From Marsupella aquatica (Eukaryota > Plantae > Marchantiophyta): a DNA stretch of 64,000 nucleotides. The notes beneath the pieces are model-generated. The model was given only the letters and a program-made list of their open reading frames with translations, was not told where the DNA came from and ran no database searches. The first letter of the stretch is position 1, and the number at the start of each line of letters is the position of its first letter. Where the stretch lies: contig OZ316893.1 of NCBI GenBank assembly GCA_973895155.1, positions 6,085,239-6,149,238 on the forward strand. Reading direction: 5' to 3'. Shown piece by piece: positions 24,541 through 37,400 of this stretch. The position numbers were made by a program, and so were the translations under genes.

Positions 24541-26287
24541 CTACTTAGCCACATGCTTCTTTGTAGCCCGCTTACGAGTGCCTTCACTGTCGACGCCTTC
24601 GCTGCTCTCGTCACGGCTGCATTTCGGCTGAGTTGGGACGTTGCTGCCATGGTCGTAAATTCCCTCTCTTATAGTAGTAAGTACTACATATTTCTTTGTT
24701 CCTGTTCACCTAGTAAAGCCTCTAAAGAACTCTAGCCAATGTTACTCCTGGTCTCCATCATCAACAGGTGGTCCTGAGTCGGTGGACATGGTACATTCTA
24801 CCATTCTCATCAATCTACTAATCTCTCCCTCTGATTTGCCGCTCTTGAACAAATCAGACATCAGTTGTCCACGCAAGGTGATTTGTGCCATCATCATTTG
24901 GTGGTGTTGGTCCATTCGCATTCGCTTTTCAGCTTGTGTTGCACTGAACTGTTCAAGCTTCATCTTGTGATTCCTATCTAACTTGTCTTTCTTCGATGAG
25001 TCAACCCGTGCTTTGCGTCTGTCTTCAATCTCATCTTTCTTCCACTGATTTTTGTTGCCAATGAGCTCTTTTCTGAAGAGTGCCTTCTCCCTTTTCTGGT
25101 CTGCATACATTGCTGCCAAGCTCCCTTTTGAAGTAGCAGATCCCTCTCCATTTGCTTTAAGTCTTGTTGGAGCTGCCTTGTCATTCCCCCTCGGCGTAGA
25201 CTGTGCTCGAACTGGTCCTTGCGGTGCAGATGCAGAAGGGATTTGGTGTGTCCCAAATTGTGTAGGTCTGGATCCACCTTCACTGTTGGGGGGGGGGGGG
25301 GTCCGAATTGGAGCTTGTTGGGGGGCATTGGTTGTCCGAATGTCTTCGGTCCCTCCCCTAGAGGGCTCAAAATTCTCTGGAACAGGAGTAGGAGGCTGTT
25401 CATCGACACCACAATGAACAGATTCGTTCTCCATGCAAATAACAAAAGGGGATGTAAATGAACATATATGCACATAACAGACAGCTGAATACATCAAAAG
25501 TAGGAGACAGTTTGTGGATTTAATTACCTGCCATTAGCCAATTTGGAGAACCTGGTTCTTCTCCACCATCAGGGACTTCATTATCGCTCTCCTCAACAGG
25601 GTCTTCAGTCTCCTCTGGAGACTCAGTGATCCCACATCCTCCAAAACCGTGGTCTACCATTCCAGGAGGTTGAACGTTGGCACGCTCCCCACATATTGCA
25701 TGCATGCGATCAAACAGCGGACACATTTTGTCCAATTTTTGATCGATAGTAAGACCACATTGGAATTCCTCCTCTGTGAGGCCCCCACCGGAAGAGTTCT
25801 TCAACAACAAAGCCTTCTTGTACATATCCTGATACCTCCCGAATCTTTTAGCAAGATTTGCCCCATCCATCTTTGGAAAATCGTAATGAGCCAACACTGC
25901 AGCCATTGAGGTAAAGACCGATTTCTTGGATTGATAGCGATTACCCGGCCTGGTTTTTCTTCCAGCCCCGAAGATGGCATTGTAATTATCTTGGACCTCA
26001 AGATAATCGATAATCAGGGCATAATCCTTTCGAGTTAGTTTTGTGGTCACAGCTGCGGTACCTCCGACACCTCGTCTACTTCTTGACATGCCTTGTCGTG
26101 ACAGTCCTGCCTCCCGTGCTGGATGGAATGCACGATTGCCTTGTGCAGCGACTTCTTGCTCAGATGGCCCAGGGACCAGAGTGCGTGGAGGTATGAAACC
26201 GCGTCCACTCGTACCAGACCTTTGTGCCATTTCAGAAGACATGTCCTGCACACCAATCGCATCCTCTGCAGGGATTTGCATCTCCAT
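24541..26287 (-). CDS. Harbinger partner Myb/SANT(trihelix)-like DNA-binding protein (about 3 exons, ~505 aa)
   Basis: Proposed exons 26287-25528, 25376-24746, 24667-24541 join in frame (first acceptor uncertain); IIDYLEVQDNY...KRFGRYQDMYKKA...CPLFDRMHAI, acidic linker, basic coiled-coil C-terminus; convergent to the transposase inside the TIRs. Confidence 0.75.
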
Positions 26288-26595
26288 GTCTCCCAGTCTC
26301 GCCTCCCACCAAAAGCTCAATTTCAAACTTGTTTGAGTTAAACGCCTAAAGATCTTCGCGCGATGGTCCTTAACATTCAAAATCACTCTGCATCCGGGCC
26401 GTCTCAGTATTGGGCACCATCTGTCAAAGTTCGGCCGCAGCCGGTTCCTTTAACCGGAACTCACACTTTACGGGCCTAAAAAAATTGGGTCACAAAAGAA
26501 AGGTGGTGCCGGTAAACTTGCCCGCGACACTCATAACGGACGCGTCTGACCTCCCGGGAAATAATGTCCTGGGCCGATATTTGAGACCCCCTATT

Positions 26596-29500
26596 GGACG
26601 TACCAAATTCGTTATTCAGTTCGGCTATTCCGTTCCAAGCATGCCGATCAAATCACAATGCTACTTTCGTCGATTTCTGTTGGAGAGTAGGTTGCTAGAG
26701 TTGTCAGCAAAACCACATTCTGACTGTCAGAATTACGATACAACCATTTGAATCACTTTTTGCATATTTGTGTGTATAATAATGATCGTAATGACGCATC
26801 TGGTAGAAATGCGATCTCAACAATAATAGTTTAGTCTCAGCCCCATACCCTCACTGAGAAAGTACTGATCAAGACATTGTTCAGGGCTATCCTCCGATCC
26901 TCGTGAGCATTATTGTGTACATGTCGCACGCCTGAGCAACAAATTCTGCATCAGGCTGGAGTGACCTCTAGTGTTCACCGCATGATGGCCACGAAGGTTC
27001 AACGTTGGAGGATGCATTACTACCAAATCCCAGTGCCGTATGCCATAAGTGGAAGTAGGTAGGGTGTCCACGCTTGAGGAAAAGTTGATTGGACATTGTC
27101 GCCAGCCAAACTGCTCCGATCCCTACGTGTTATCCCATCAAGCAAATGAAGTTTGAGGCAGGGAGCTGCAGATACACTCGACGGTAGTCAGCCATTGATT
27201 GTGTTGGCATGGTCACTTGCAGATGTGGAGTGACATAGAAATTCACGATCGAACAGGACGAAAATTATTCCCACATCAAGTCTGTCTTGCCTACTTACTG
27301 GTGTCCAAAAACCCGAATTTGAGCGCGCAAGAAAGAAAGCAATGGCCACTCTAAAATTCCTCATAATTTATGATTTCCACGTTTAGTAATGCTTTCCAGA
27401 AGAAAACTCGGAAAGTTGTGCCATGGTTCGGGATCTTTTGAATTCCTCGAGCTACCAACGTTTTCCTTCCCGTTTTAATTTACGGTAGTTATCTCTAAAC
27501 CAACTGAATCGGCTATATGAGGAAGCAATGTTTCTGTTACCATTCTTAACTGAACGCATGCGGAGCACGTTCACAGTAGTTTGTCACGTCTGATCCGCTT
27601 CAAGGATGTTTGAAATTGGCTGCTGTGGTTCTCCACTTTTCCCAAATTAATCAGTAAATTCTGTGACAATTTAAAAACGTGCCCGCTTTGAAAGCTCCTC
27701 ACTAATTCAATGTATTTTGTTTTGTTTAGCTCACTCAGGTGGGTGCCCTAAGTGAGGATACAGGTGTGGTCCAGCATGAGCACCCATGTCTACTTTGATA
27801 AAAACATTCGTGAGTTAGATCATGAAATCTCTCCTTAAACTATTGATATTACAGTCAGTCGTCGCTCACCTTACCTTGTTTTGTCCGAGTCCGCTAGCGA
27901 TCACAGATGGAGGGCAGTGCTTCAATCCCTAGAATCTGCACAATCTGAACTCTCAGATTGCGTCTCTCTTGATCAATTCAAAAATAACTGAATACCGCTC
28001 ACTGGAGAAGACAGCAATATCGATTATCGAGCTCAGAATTGATCCTCGCATGATGGGTTGTATTACTTAAAGCCAGAACACTCACTCCACCGTAGTAGTC
28101 TTCAATAGATGAGATGATTGCGTATAAAAACTCGATCTGCGCGTGGGACCCATGACAACTGAATGGCTTCCACGACACTGACTGGCTTCAACGACACACA
28201 GCGACATCCCAAGAATTGCAAGCAATCCTAAACTGGATCTAGAAGCTCAATCAAGTTTGCTGAGTATATAGTTATGCACGGCATCCGTTTCTAGCATTAA
28301 AGTTCGAGCTGCTTTCTACGTACGTAATTCTTTACCTGCGGGGCCACATCTCCGGCTGCACCATCACACAATTGCATGACATGCCATTGACTACATCTGA
28401 AGCTCCCACGTAAATCCTGTAGCTGGTCAGACACTGATCAGAGTAGATTCTTTGGTCGAGACAAGACCAACCGGCTTGTCGAGACTTGTTGCATCGTAGT
28501 AGAATGGAATATGTGGGTACGTAAAACCAACGGATTCAGTCTTGTATAGTCCATGATCGAGGAGTTATGGACGGGCTCTGCCGCGGGCTATGTTCACAAG
28601 CATATTTCGCAGTAGCTAGGGGCCTTCATTATATTGGTTAGTCACTATTCTTTGATTTGACCTAAAATTTACTCAACAATCATGGTTAAATCTTGCGCTA
28701 CGGTAGCTGCCTGAATCTTTGACACGGACACCCAAACGAATCTAACGACAAAGATTTTCTTTATTGTCTTTTTTTTTTTTGTCTTGAACGGAAATGGGGA
28801 GGAAATACAATTAGACTCCCCCATCCCAATGTGACAATTTTACTGTAGGGAACCCAGACCCGCACCAGGAAAGAGAGAGGATTAAATCAGGGCCACAAAG
28901 TGGACGACCAGGGGCCAAGCAGATAATCAGAATTCCAATGCACTACCCACAAAACCATCCCACCCACACACAAATACCCTCCACATCCCAGTGTGTGAAG
29001 GGGGGATTGAACCTGGGACCTCTCAGTTCCAGGCAAATCCCCTAACCAATTGACCTAAGCCAATTGGTTTCTTTATTGCCTTCTTGGAGTCGCGAAGGAC
29101 CTTTGTCTTTGGGTTTTGGACTGCTCTACTCGGAAGGTTTTATTTCTAGATACACCAATCAGTCCTTGATTCGATTCTGTTGCAAGGGCAGCTTAATTCA
29201 TTCGACACAATTGTTAACTCCTTCTATTAGGATCGATCCAGCCCTTGAAGAGGAACTTCAAGACAACTTTTAGTCTAGCTCCAAAGGATATCACAAATGA
29301 TACCTCCAAAGGACACCTCCAAAGGACTTTGTGTAGCAATGACTTCTTGTGAGTGCTTCAATCCAGTGATGAGTGCGCTCTGTTTAACCTCGCGTTTACA
29401 CATGAATCTGTAATTTGTGTTCGATTCGAGATGTCCCAAACGGTTTCTGACCAGCAGATTGAGTATAAGGGTTTCCCAAGATTCGGAAGCAAAACTAAAT

Positions 29501-30950
29501 ATGTCTCTCATTGACCGATTTGACTGATATTTATGGCAATGCTGATCGTTACCGCGAGTTTTGTGGATCTATTTGTGAGAACTACGATCAGTCTAAACGG
29601 GGTCTACAGGATTGGGGAATGTGCTTTCTCAAAAATTGACTTCAACCTAGGATTCCATGCCTTCAATAGCATAATTAACTCTCAAAAGCCTCGATCTGTA
29701 GATCAGCCAATTCTGGCCAGACAGCACCTTATTCCCGTGCCTTCCTCGTATGGCGGGAATGGAAAGAAAGACAAGAGACTGGATCTTCAAGAGTCCAACA
29801 GGGGTCATCACATCATTCGATCCATCCATTCCTGAAATTAATGCTCTCATTGGGATCCTTTCACAGAAGAAGAACTAAAAGAAGTAAAATGCCTTTGAAC
29901 AACTCACCCGGCCTTAGCAGAGCGTTGTGTGATAACGGCTGAGATTAGATGCCCTCTGGACTGTCGGATATGAAGCTCACGAGGTACCACTTAAATTTTC
30001 TATGTAGGAGTCTATGTCGGTTAACCCGTGCATTGCACACCACTGCTAAACGGCTTTGTCCACTGCCCTCAACCTTCTTATAACCCAGGAAGTGAGATGC
30101 CCATAGTCTGCCTAAAGTGAGCAGTTTGAGAGATTCTAGGGACCAAAGAGAGAATGATCAAGTTTAGGGGTACGGGAAGATTCCTAGGCATCGAGTTGAC
30201 TTCAGTAGTTTGTCAAACAAAGCTCTTCGACAGCTCAGGATGCGCTAATATGTCAAAATAATAGCCTTTCGAGCCTACGAAGTGCTGCTATCGATCATAG
30301 CCGCCCCACTAACTTTGCGAGAGACGAGAGGCGTTGACAATGCCCAGCCCAGGTCCAGGCTTGCCGAATTGAAAATGGAGCCGCCCTAAATTTTGAGAGA
30401 AGTTAATGAGGCCTTCTGACTCTCGAAGTCCATTCTAAGATTCGGAGTGACGAGATGCCTGCAACAGTGGCTTGCTCCATCCATGAAATGTACGTTCGAG
30501 CACCAAACTCAAACGTTGTGAATTCAATCTAGCTAGCAGTGAAGCGGTGAATTCACTACTGCACCAGTTTCGGTGAACTAGGCTCTTGAATATTATTTTG
30601 TCCAGCTCGAGCACAGTACTTCTTCCCTCTTGATTGAGAATGTTGAAAGCCACGCGGGAGGCCATGCCAAGCTCCAAGCTCCAGAGTCCAACCCAAAGCC
30701 TACGTCCCCCAAGGGCAGCAAGATGCGGCGACGTGGAGCAGAATTCGTCTTCAGATCCAACCAATTGCAGTGTATGTAGTGGATTGAATTGCCGGCGGGG
30801 ACCATGCCTTGGGACAAGAGCCTTTGAAGGGTCACGTACACTGCTGCTTATAGACAGCTGATGAATGATGCCCCCGGTTGTGATTCTGGTGTTGCCAAGC
30901 CAAGCCAAGCACGGCAAGAGGCACATGCCTCGGACAAGGCGCACTAACAG
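26596..30950 (+). pseudogene. Decayed LRR pseudogene(s), continuing from 21330-21411 across the Harbinger and SINE insertions
   Basis: Empty-site junction reads ELSVLDVPNSLFSSAIP; further relics SASIPRI, SDIPRIASNPKLDL, VILYLRGHISG, FDLT*NLLN, IPVPSSYG..RLDLQESN, LNL(S)YN, GKIPR..FSSL, TSFGELGS. Confidence 0.6.
28771..29067 (-). mobile_element. tRNA-derived SINE
   Basis: Minus-strand 5' head has an A-box-like taggtcaattgg and B-box ggttcaatcc; poly(A) tail at 28771-28780; 15-bp TSD tttctttattg(t/c)ctt at 28756-28770 and 29068-29082. Confidence 0.85.
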
Positions 30951-31928
30951 TATCTCTCAAATACCTTCGTGGTTTTTCTCAGTGTAATTTTTGTACTCTC
31001 TATGGAAGAGAATGCACATCACACATAGATGTGCAAGGGCATTTTGAGATTTGTCCGCTACTTGTCTTTTGGTACATAAAGTGAAATTATCTCAACTTGC
31101 ATGATATTTGGCTGTGTCTTCAAGCTTGAAGAAGGGAGAAAAATGATCAAAAATAGTAAGAGTGAGAAATTGTTCTGGTATTAAAGTGTGATCTCTTTAC
31201 GAGTACATTATTCTGAATACTAATCCCTGCCTTGCGTAGACATTCTTGGCTCTGGGTCTCATTCAAAGTAGAATGATGCTTGTCTGTATGTCGTTTTGGA
31301 TATTAGGGGTTTGGGGTAGTAGATAAAGATTTGGGTACAAGGAGGACACTGGAAGAATGGTTCAATCAGTACAGTTTGGGGTTCTATTCCAAGATAGGTG
31401 CCTCCAGCCCCAGGGGCTATCTCAACTTGACAGCGTTCTTCAGGTGGCTCATGAGATGACTGATTCTCGGGGGAGAAACAGTCAACTTTTGTGCAACATG
31501 CAACACTGACAACACCTGCTGATCTCTTTTTTTTTTTTTTTGGTTTTTTTTTTGGGGGGGGGGGGGGGTGGTGGGATATGTGTCAAGTTGAGGTACCTCT
31601 CTCACATGGCATAGCTCTTAGTCATGTTTTGGGTGGGAGTTTCATGACAAACGTACTCAAGTTACAACTAATTCTAAATCTCAGGATGAGTCCACTTGCC
31701 TACCAAACAAAACTCCTATAATAGGTACAATATAGTCTCAGGAGATTTATCAATACACGCGCAATGAAGTAAGTTAGCAAAATGAAGCCCTGGATAGACC
31801 TCTAGGTTTGTCAAAATGCTCCCATGTATTTTGCAACTCAGATGGACCACATTGTACTCACAAATGTGATAGTGAATATTTTCAATTAGTCCATCCCAAT
31901 TGGAATATTCCCAATTAGTCTACTTTCC

Positions 31929-32221
31929 ATGGGAGCATCATCCCAATTGTATGCTTTTAAAAATTTGTCTACGGTCCATTGGGAATATTCCGGTCAGTGC
32001 TATGGGAGCATCATCCCAATTGTATGTTTTAAAAAATTTGTCTACGGTCCATTGGGAATATCCCGGTGAGTGCTATGGGAGCATCATCCCAATTGTATGT
32101 TTTTAAAAATTTGTCTACGGTCCATTGGGAATACCCCGGTGAGTGCTATGGGATCATCATCCCAATTGTACGTTATTAAAAATTTGTCTACGGTCCATTG
32201 GGAATATCCCGGTGAGTGCTA
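31929..32221. repeat. Four-copy 73-bp tandem repeat
   Basis: Units start at 31929, 32002, 32075, 32148 (atgggagcatcatcccaattgta...gtgct), near-identical, no spacers. Confidence 0.92.
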
Positions 32222-32229
32222 ATCAATCG

Positions 32230-33740
32230 GGCCGCTTTTACCCACTTTGGATCGTTTGGAACTGCTCACAAGCCAGATGAATGCCACATGGGATGCACTA
32301 CGGTTTTCAATGAGAATGTGACGTTCTTCATCAGATGTCATGGATTCTTTGGGGTTGGAAAGCAATCTCCATTTATTTTTGAATAAAAACCCAGGCAAAG
32401 ACCTTGGTCATCTGCATGCCAGATATCCCTCCTTGGGCGGATCCCTCCTTTTGCTCCTCAGCCTATGGGGTATTAGCAACCGTTTCCAGCTGTTGTCCCC
32501 CTCCCAAGGGCTAATATTGAAAGATTGAAGTAACAGTTCCTAAAAAATCTTGATTGCTGGCTAGCCTTGTCCGGTAATTCAATCTGCGTATCTTTCTCTC
32601 TTGTCACAGTCTTGCGGCGTACTGACTGGTTAATTTCAATCAATCAGTCCATCGAGACGGATATAACGCCGTCATAATTCTCTGGGCAGATGAAGCCTCT
32701 CGCCAAACAAGACGAATATATGTGAGCTACTAAGTGACCAATTTGGATAGACATCTGCCACCGATGAAGTAGATCCAGAGTGGGTATCCACGCAGAGGCT
32801 TTGGCTTGGGTCCCGGCTTGGGTGCGGTCCTCACCCAGATAAAGAAGATTCGAATGCCACTAGGCAATTAGGACTTTCGAAACCATACTCATATATTCAG
32901 GAAGTCGTGCATGTCAACAGTTCTACACCGACGTACAGTTGAGCTTCCCTCAATCACAACCGGTCTGCGTATTGCTCTTGACGGTTAAATCAATGCCAAT
33001 GGTTTGTTCCCATCACGACGAAAGCCAGGTTCCAAAGGCCTAATACACATACGCCACAAATTGCAGCAGTTATGCAGTAAAACTTTGCTGCTTTTTGTTG
33101 TTGTTGCTTGGTTGGTTTAGATAAAAGCTTCATTCGAGGATAAGGAAGGTGTCACATAGCCTTGGGCATGTCTTACAAATATTACTTTGGACACTACTGT
33201 AAACGTTTGATCTGGAGTGGTTCTCACAGACAACTGCACCTCTTTCGGCTTTCAGAAAGTTTCACGAGTGGCTGAACACGGTCACGAGCGTAGAACGAAA
33301 CTGTTCATAGGCTGTCTTTCTGTTATAACTAATAATACTTTTTCACGCAGATATTGTTCATTGGCTGTCTTTGTGTTGCAATGCATGGTTTTTTTTTTTT
33401 TCTACACAGGAACTGTTCATAGACAAGTGGACCTCATTAGTTTCACGGCGGGCTGAGCAAGGTCACCTGCATAGAACGCAATTGTTCAAATAGACCTCTT
33501 TTAGTCCTAGCTTTCTTTGCTTGGTGCCCAAGGTCTGGTGGAGTAGAGGCGGAGAAGTTTTCAGTATAGTTATCTAGAAAATTTGTGAATGACAGCAACT
33601 GCAGTAAGTAGTTCAGTCAACGTGATCGAACTAAGGTTTCCATAGAGTGATTTGCAGTGGACAACCTTTCCGGTATTAAATATGTCGTACAGCCAAGACA
33701 AGGAAACCTCAACGGCGTTCTCATAAAACCACAGATTCAC
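32230..33740 (+). pseudogene. Decayed LRR pseudogene segment (resumes at ~40865-41010 after the MULE/copia insertion)
   Basis: Relics IPPW, VPKKS*LLASLVR*FNL, AVDNLSGI; after the MULE: LHNYLLG, LHGE, PSHLGK..SILY. Confidence 0.45.
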
Positions 33741-34492
33741 TATAGAAGAGATATATGTTTGATGGCCCTTAGTGAACCTTTCTTAACCTGATGGGCCCTT
33801 AGTGAACCTTTCTTAACCTGATGGGCCCATAGGTAACTTTTCTTACCTAATAGACCTCTTGACCTCTTGTCAGTATTTTTGGTCATATGTTCTTATCCCA
33901 GGCACTTTAACAAGTTTTTCCTTCATGGAGTGACCAATCACATTTTCTAGAAAGACTATAATCAACCATGACTCCAAGCAAACTGCACGGTTGGATCGTG
34001 TGGCCGACCCTGCATGGTTGACCGAAAAACCATGGAGATCATTCGGGAAAAACCGCGAAAAGTGGCCGCTGCTGCCGAAACTGTGATTTGAAGACAATAT
34101 GCATGATGTCTTCGGACTCAAAAGTTGACCAATCGCAAAGGTAATCATTAGGTCTGCTTGAACGGTTTTTTGTGACTGTTGGACCATGCGGGAGGTCACC
34201 CCTGCATGGTCGAAGAAACATGTGGGAGAAACAAGTGAAACTATGGAGATGATGTGAGAGAACCGCAAAAAGCGGCCACTGCTGCCCAAATCACGATTTG
34301 AATACAATATGGATTACGTCTTCGGATTCAAATTTTTACCCTATCACAGGTTAGCCATTAGGTATGTTTTTCACGCGGTGTGCACTGGTTTTTCACGATG
34401 TTTTCATGCACGACTATCAGCGTCAGTGTGGAGTACATACCTCCAAATGTCCACAATGAATATTCAATTTCAATGTTTCGTATTGCCCCACT

Positions 34493-37400
34493 TGTTGAGC
34501 ATAGACGACATTCGTAACGGCAAGCCCATGAACCATCCAACGCACAATAGTCGACACAGAGAGATACGTGGTTCACCTCCACATGAGGCTACGTCCACGG
34601 GAACACACAAGAGCTTTACTGCACTCTAGGCCGACCGGCCATACCAAGCATCCACAGCACAAGCTCTCCCTATCTCTCAACTAGCTCCGTAACAATGAGC
34701 CTAAGTTCCACCAGGGTCTGGCATCAGCCCTGGCTATATACACAACAGCACTACCGCTAACATTAGCTAAGTCCTAACCCGAGTTAGACTAACCGTGGTT
34801 AGCACATGAGTCACAAGACTAGAGCAATATCTAACAAACTCCCCCTTGACTCTTGTCTTGGGGACTGGATTAAATGCAACCATATGGAATCCTCAGCGGG
34901 AAGTTCTAGACAATCACCAAACCAGGTCTCCCCCTAAAAACCACAAGGGTTAACTAAGGGTTAACTAGAACTAAACCGTAGCCAAAAGGAATGAGTAATC
35001 CATATACAAATAGTCTCACATTGCTAAATAACTCTACTTGCATTACAACTGCAAAACCTGCAAAGTAGCACGGTGTCTTGAGAAACTCTCCAAAGGAATC
35101 ACTTTGGTAAAGGCATCAGCGGGATTGAGCTTTCCATCAATCTTGACTAGCTCAAAAGTTTTATCAGACACTGCTTGCCTGATAAAATGGTACCTGATAT
35201 CAATGTGCTTCACCCTGCTATCCATCACCTGGTTAGCAGCCAAGTGAAGAGCACTCTGACTATCACAATTTAGAGTCATTTTTCCATGCTCTAAACCCAT
35301 CTCCGCGATCAACTTATCCAACCAAATTGCTTTATTTGCTGCTTCTGCTGCTGCAACATACTCTGCTTCTGTAGTAGACTGAGAAATGCACTTCTGCAAG
35401 GTAGATTTCCAACTGATACATCCTCCTCCAAGAGTGTATACAAACCCAGTTGTAGACCTCCTTGTATCCAGACAGCCTCCATAGTCAGAATCTACATAGC
35501 CAACTAACGTTCTCTCTGATCTGTTATCAAACAGTAATCCATAGTCCTGTGTACCCTTCAGATACCTGAGAATCCACTTCACAGCTTCCCAATGTACCTT
35601 CCCTGGATTTGACATGAATCTGCTAACCTTGCCCATCGCTAGGGCCAAGTCAGGCCTAGTACAAGTCATCAAATACATCAGACTACCTACTGCCTTCTCA
35701 TAAGGAATCTTAGCCATCAGACCTTTCTCCACAGCATCCGTAGGAGAGAAAGCCGATGATAACTTAAAATGTGAAGCTAAAGGAATACTCACTGGCTTAC
35801 AGTTTTCCATGTTGAATCGTGCAAGTACTTTCCTCGCATACTGGCCTTGACTCAAGCACAACTGTCCAGTATCAGAGTTCCTAAAAATCTCCATCCCTAA
35901 GATCCTTTTGGCTTTATCAAGATCCTTCATCCTGAATTCAACACTCAATTTTGCCTTGAGATTGTCAACCTCAGATTGATCTTTAGCCACAATCAGCATG
36001 TAATCCACATAGATCACCAGAATGATGAAACCAAACACATCATTCTTGACTGATTTCGTATACACACAAGGATCATACACCATCCTTGTAAAACCTTGAG
36101 CAAGCATGAAATCATCAAACCGCTTGTTCCACTGTCTGGGAGACTGCTTCAATCCATACAAGGACTTGAGCAATTTGCAAACTAAGTTCTCTTGGCCTTT
36201 CTTTATAAAGCCTAGCGGCTGTCTCATGAAGATCATCTCTTCCAAGTTGCCACAGAGAAAAGCAGTAACAACATCCATCTGATCCATCACCAGATTAAAA
36301 AACACAACAAGCTGACACAAGATCCGAATTGTGGAATACTTAGCCACCGGTGAAAAGACCTCATTGTAGTCCACTCCTTTCTCCTGAGTGAACCCCTTGG
36401 CAACAAGCCTTGCCTTGTAGATCTTATCTCCACCCTCTGAAGGACTGTCTTTCAACTTGTAAATCCACTTGTTGTTCACCACTTGCTGACCTCTTGGAAG
36501 CTCCACCAGCTCACATGTCTTGTTGTCACTCAAAGATTGCTCTGCATTGCTGCATTCCACTCATGCTTCTGCTCCGAAGCACAAGCCTCACTGTACGAAG
36601 AAGGCTCTCCTTCTTCCAAGATCACAGCCATGTCATCATCATCAGGTGCAATGTCAATATCATCTAGCTTAGATGAGTCTGCCCATTGACCATACCTGGT
36701 AGGAGCTCTAGTAGAACGATTGGAAGTTCTTCTAGGAGATGACTCAGGCTGATCTGCTGCTATTGCTGGTTGAATTGGAGGTACCCTAGCAACAATCTGC
36801 TCCTCTTGTTCCATCACAGGAACCAGCTCCAAGCCCGAAGCTTCTCCATCTCTCCTGTCATGAACAGCATCATGACTAATCTCCCCCTCAACCGGGTCCA
36901 GGATGGGAGATTTCCCCTTGTCAGTATGGGAGTCCTGAGAACTCTCCCCCTCCTTTGATGATCTGGACTCATTAAAGGACACATCTCTACTGACAATTAG
37001 TTTACAGGTTACTGGATCCCATAACCTATAACCCTTCACACCTTTCTGATAGCCAAGGAAAATGCACTTCTTTGACTTGGACTCCAGCTTGGATCGAAGC
37101 TGGGAAGGTGTAAGCACATAAGCATCACATCCAAAAATCCTCAGATGTGAATAATCTGCTGGACGCCCGTACCTCATTTCAAATGGCGTCTTGAATCCAA
37201 TAGAACTGGATGGAGAAAAATTTACCAAATAAGTTGCAGTGTTGACAGCTTCAGCCCAAAACTCATGTGGTAAGCATGATTGACTCAACATACTCCTCGA
37301 GCGGTCCAATAGTGTTCGGTAGAGTCTCTCAGAAACACCATTCTGCTGAGGAGTATAACTTGTTGTGAGATGGCGTGTAATCCCCTGCTCCTTACAATAC

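Larger units (their letters stand above)
21412..26592. mobile_element. PIF/Harbinger (PHIS) superfamily DNA transposon, Pangu-like, 5181 bp, three genes
   Basis: 30-bp TIRs agggggtctcaaatatcggccc(g/a)ggacatt at 21412-21441 and 26563-26592 (1 mismatch); TSD ATT at 21409-21411 and 26593-26595; contains a Harbinger-type DDE transposase and a convergent Myb/trihelix-like gene. Confidence 0.93.

Noticed and set aside
28990-29067. Possible tRNA gene
   Set aside because: Stems are imperfect and it continues into a body with poly(A) and TSD, so it is a SINE head
31929-32221. CRISPR-like regular repeats
   Set aside because: Head-to-tail units with no unique spacers, eukaryotic context, no cas genes
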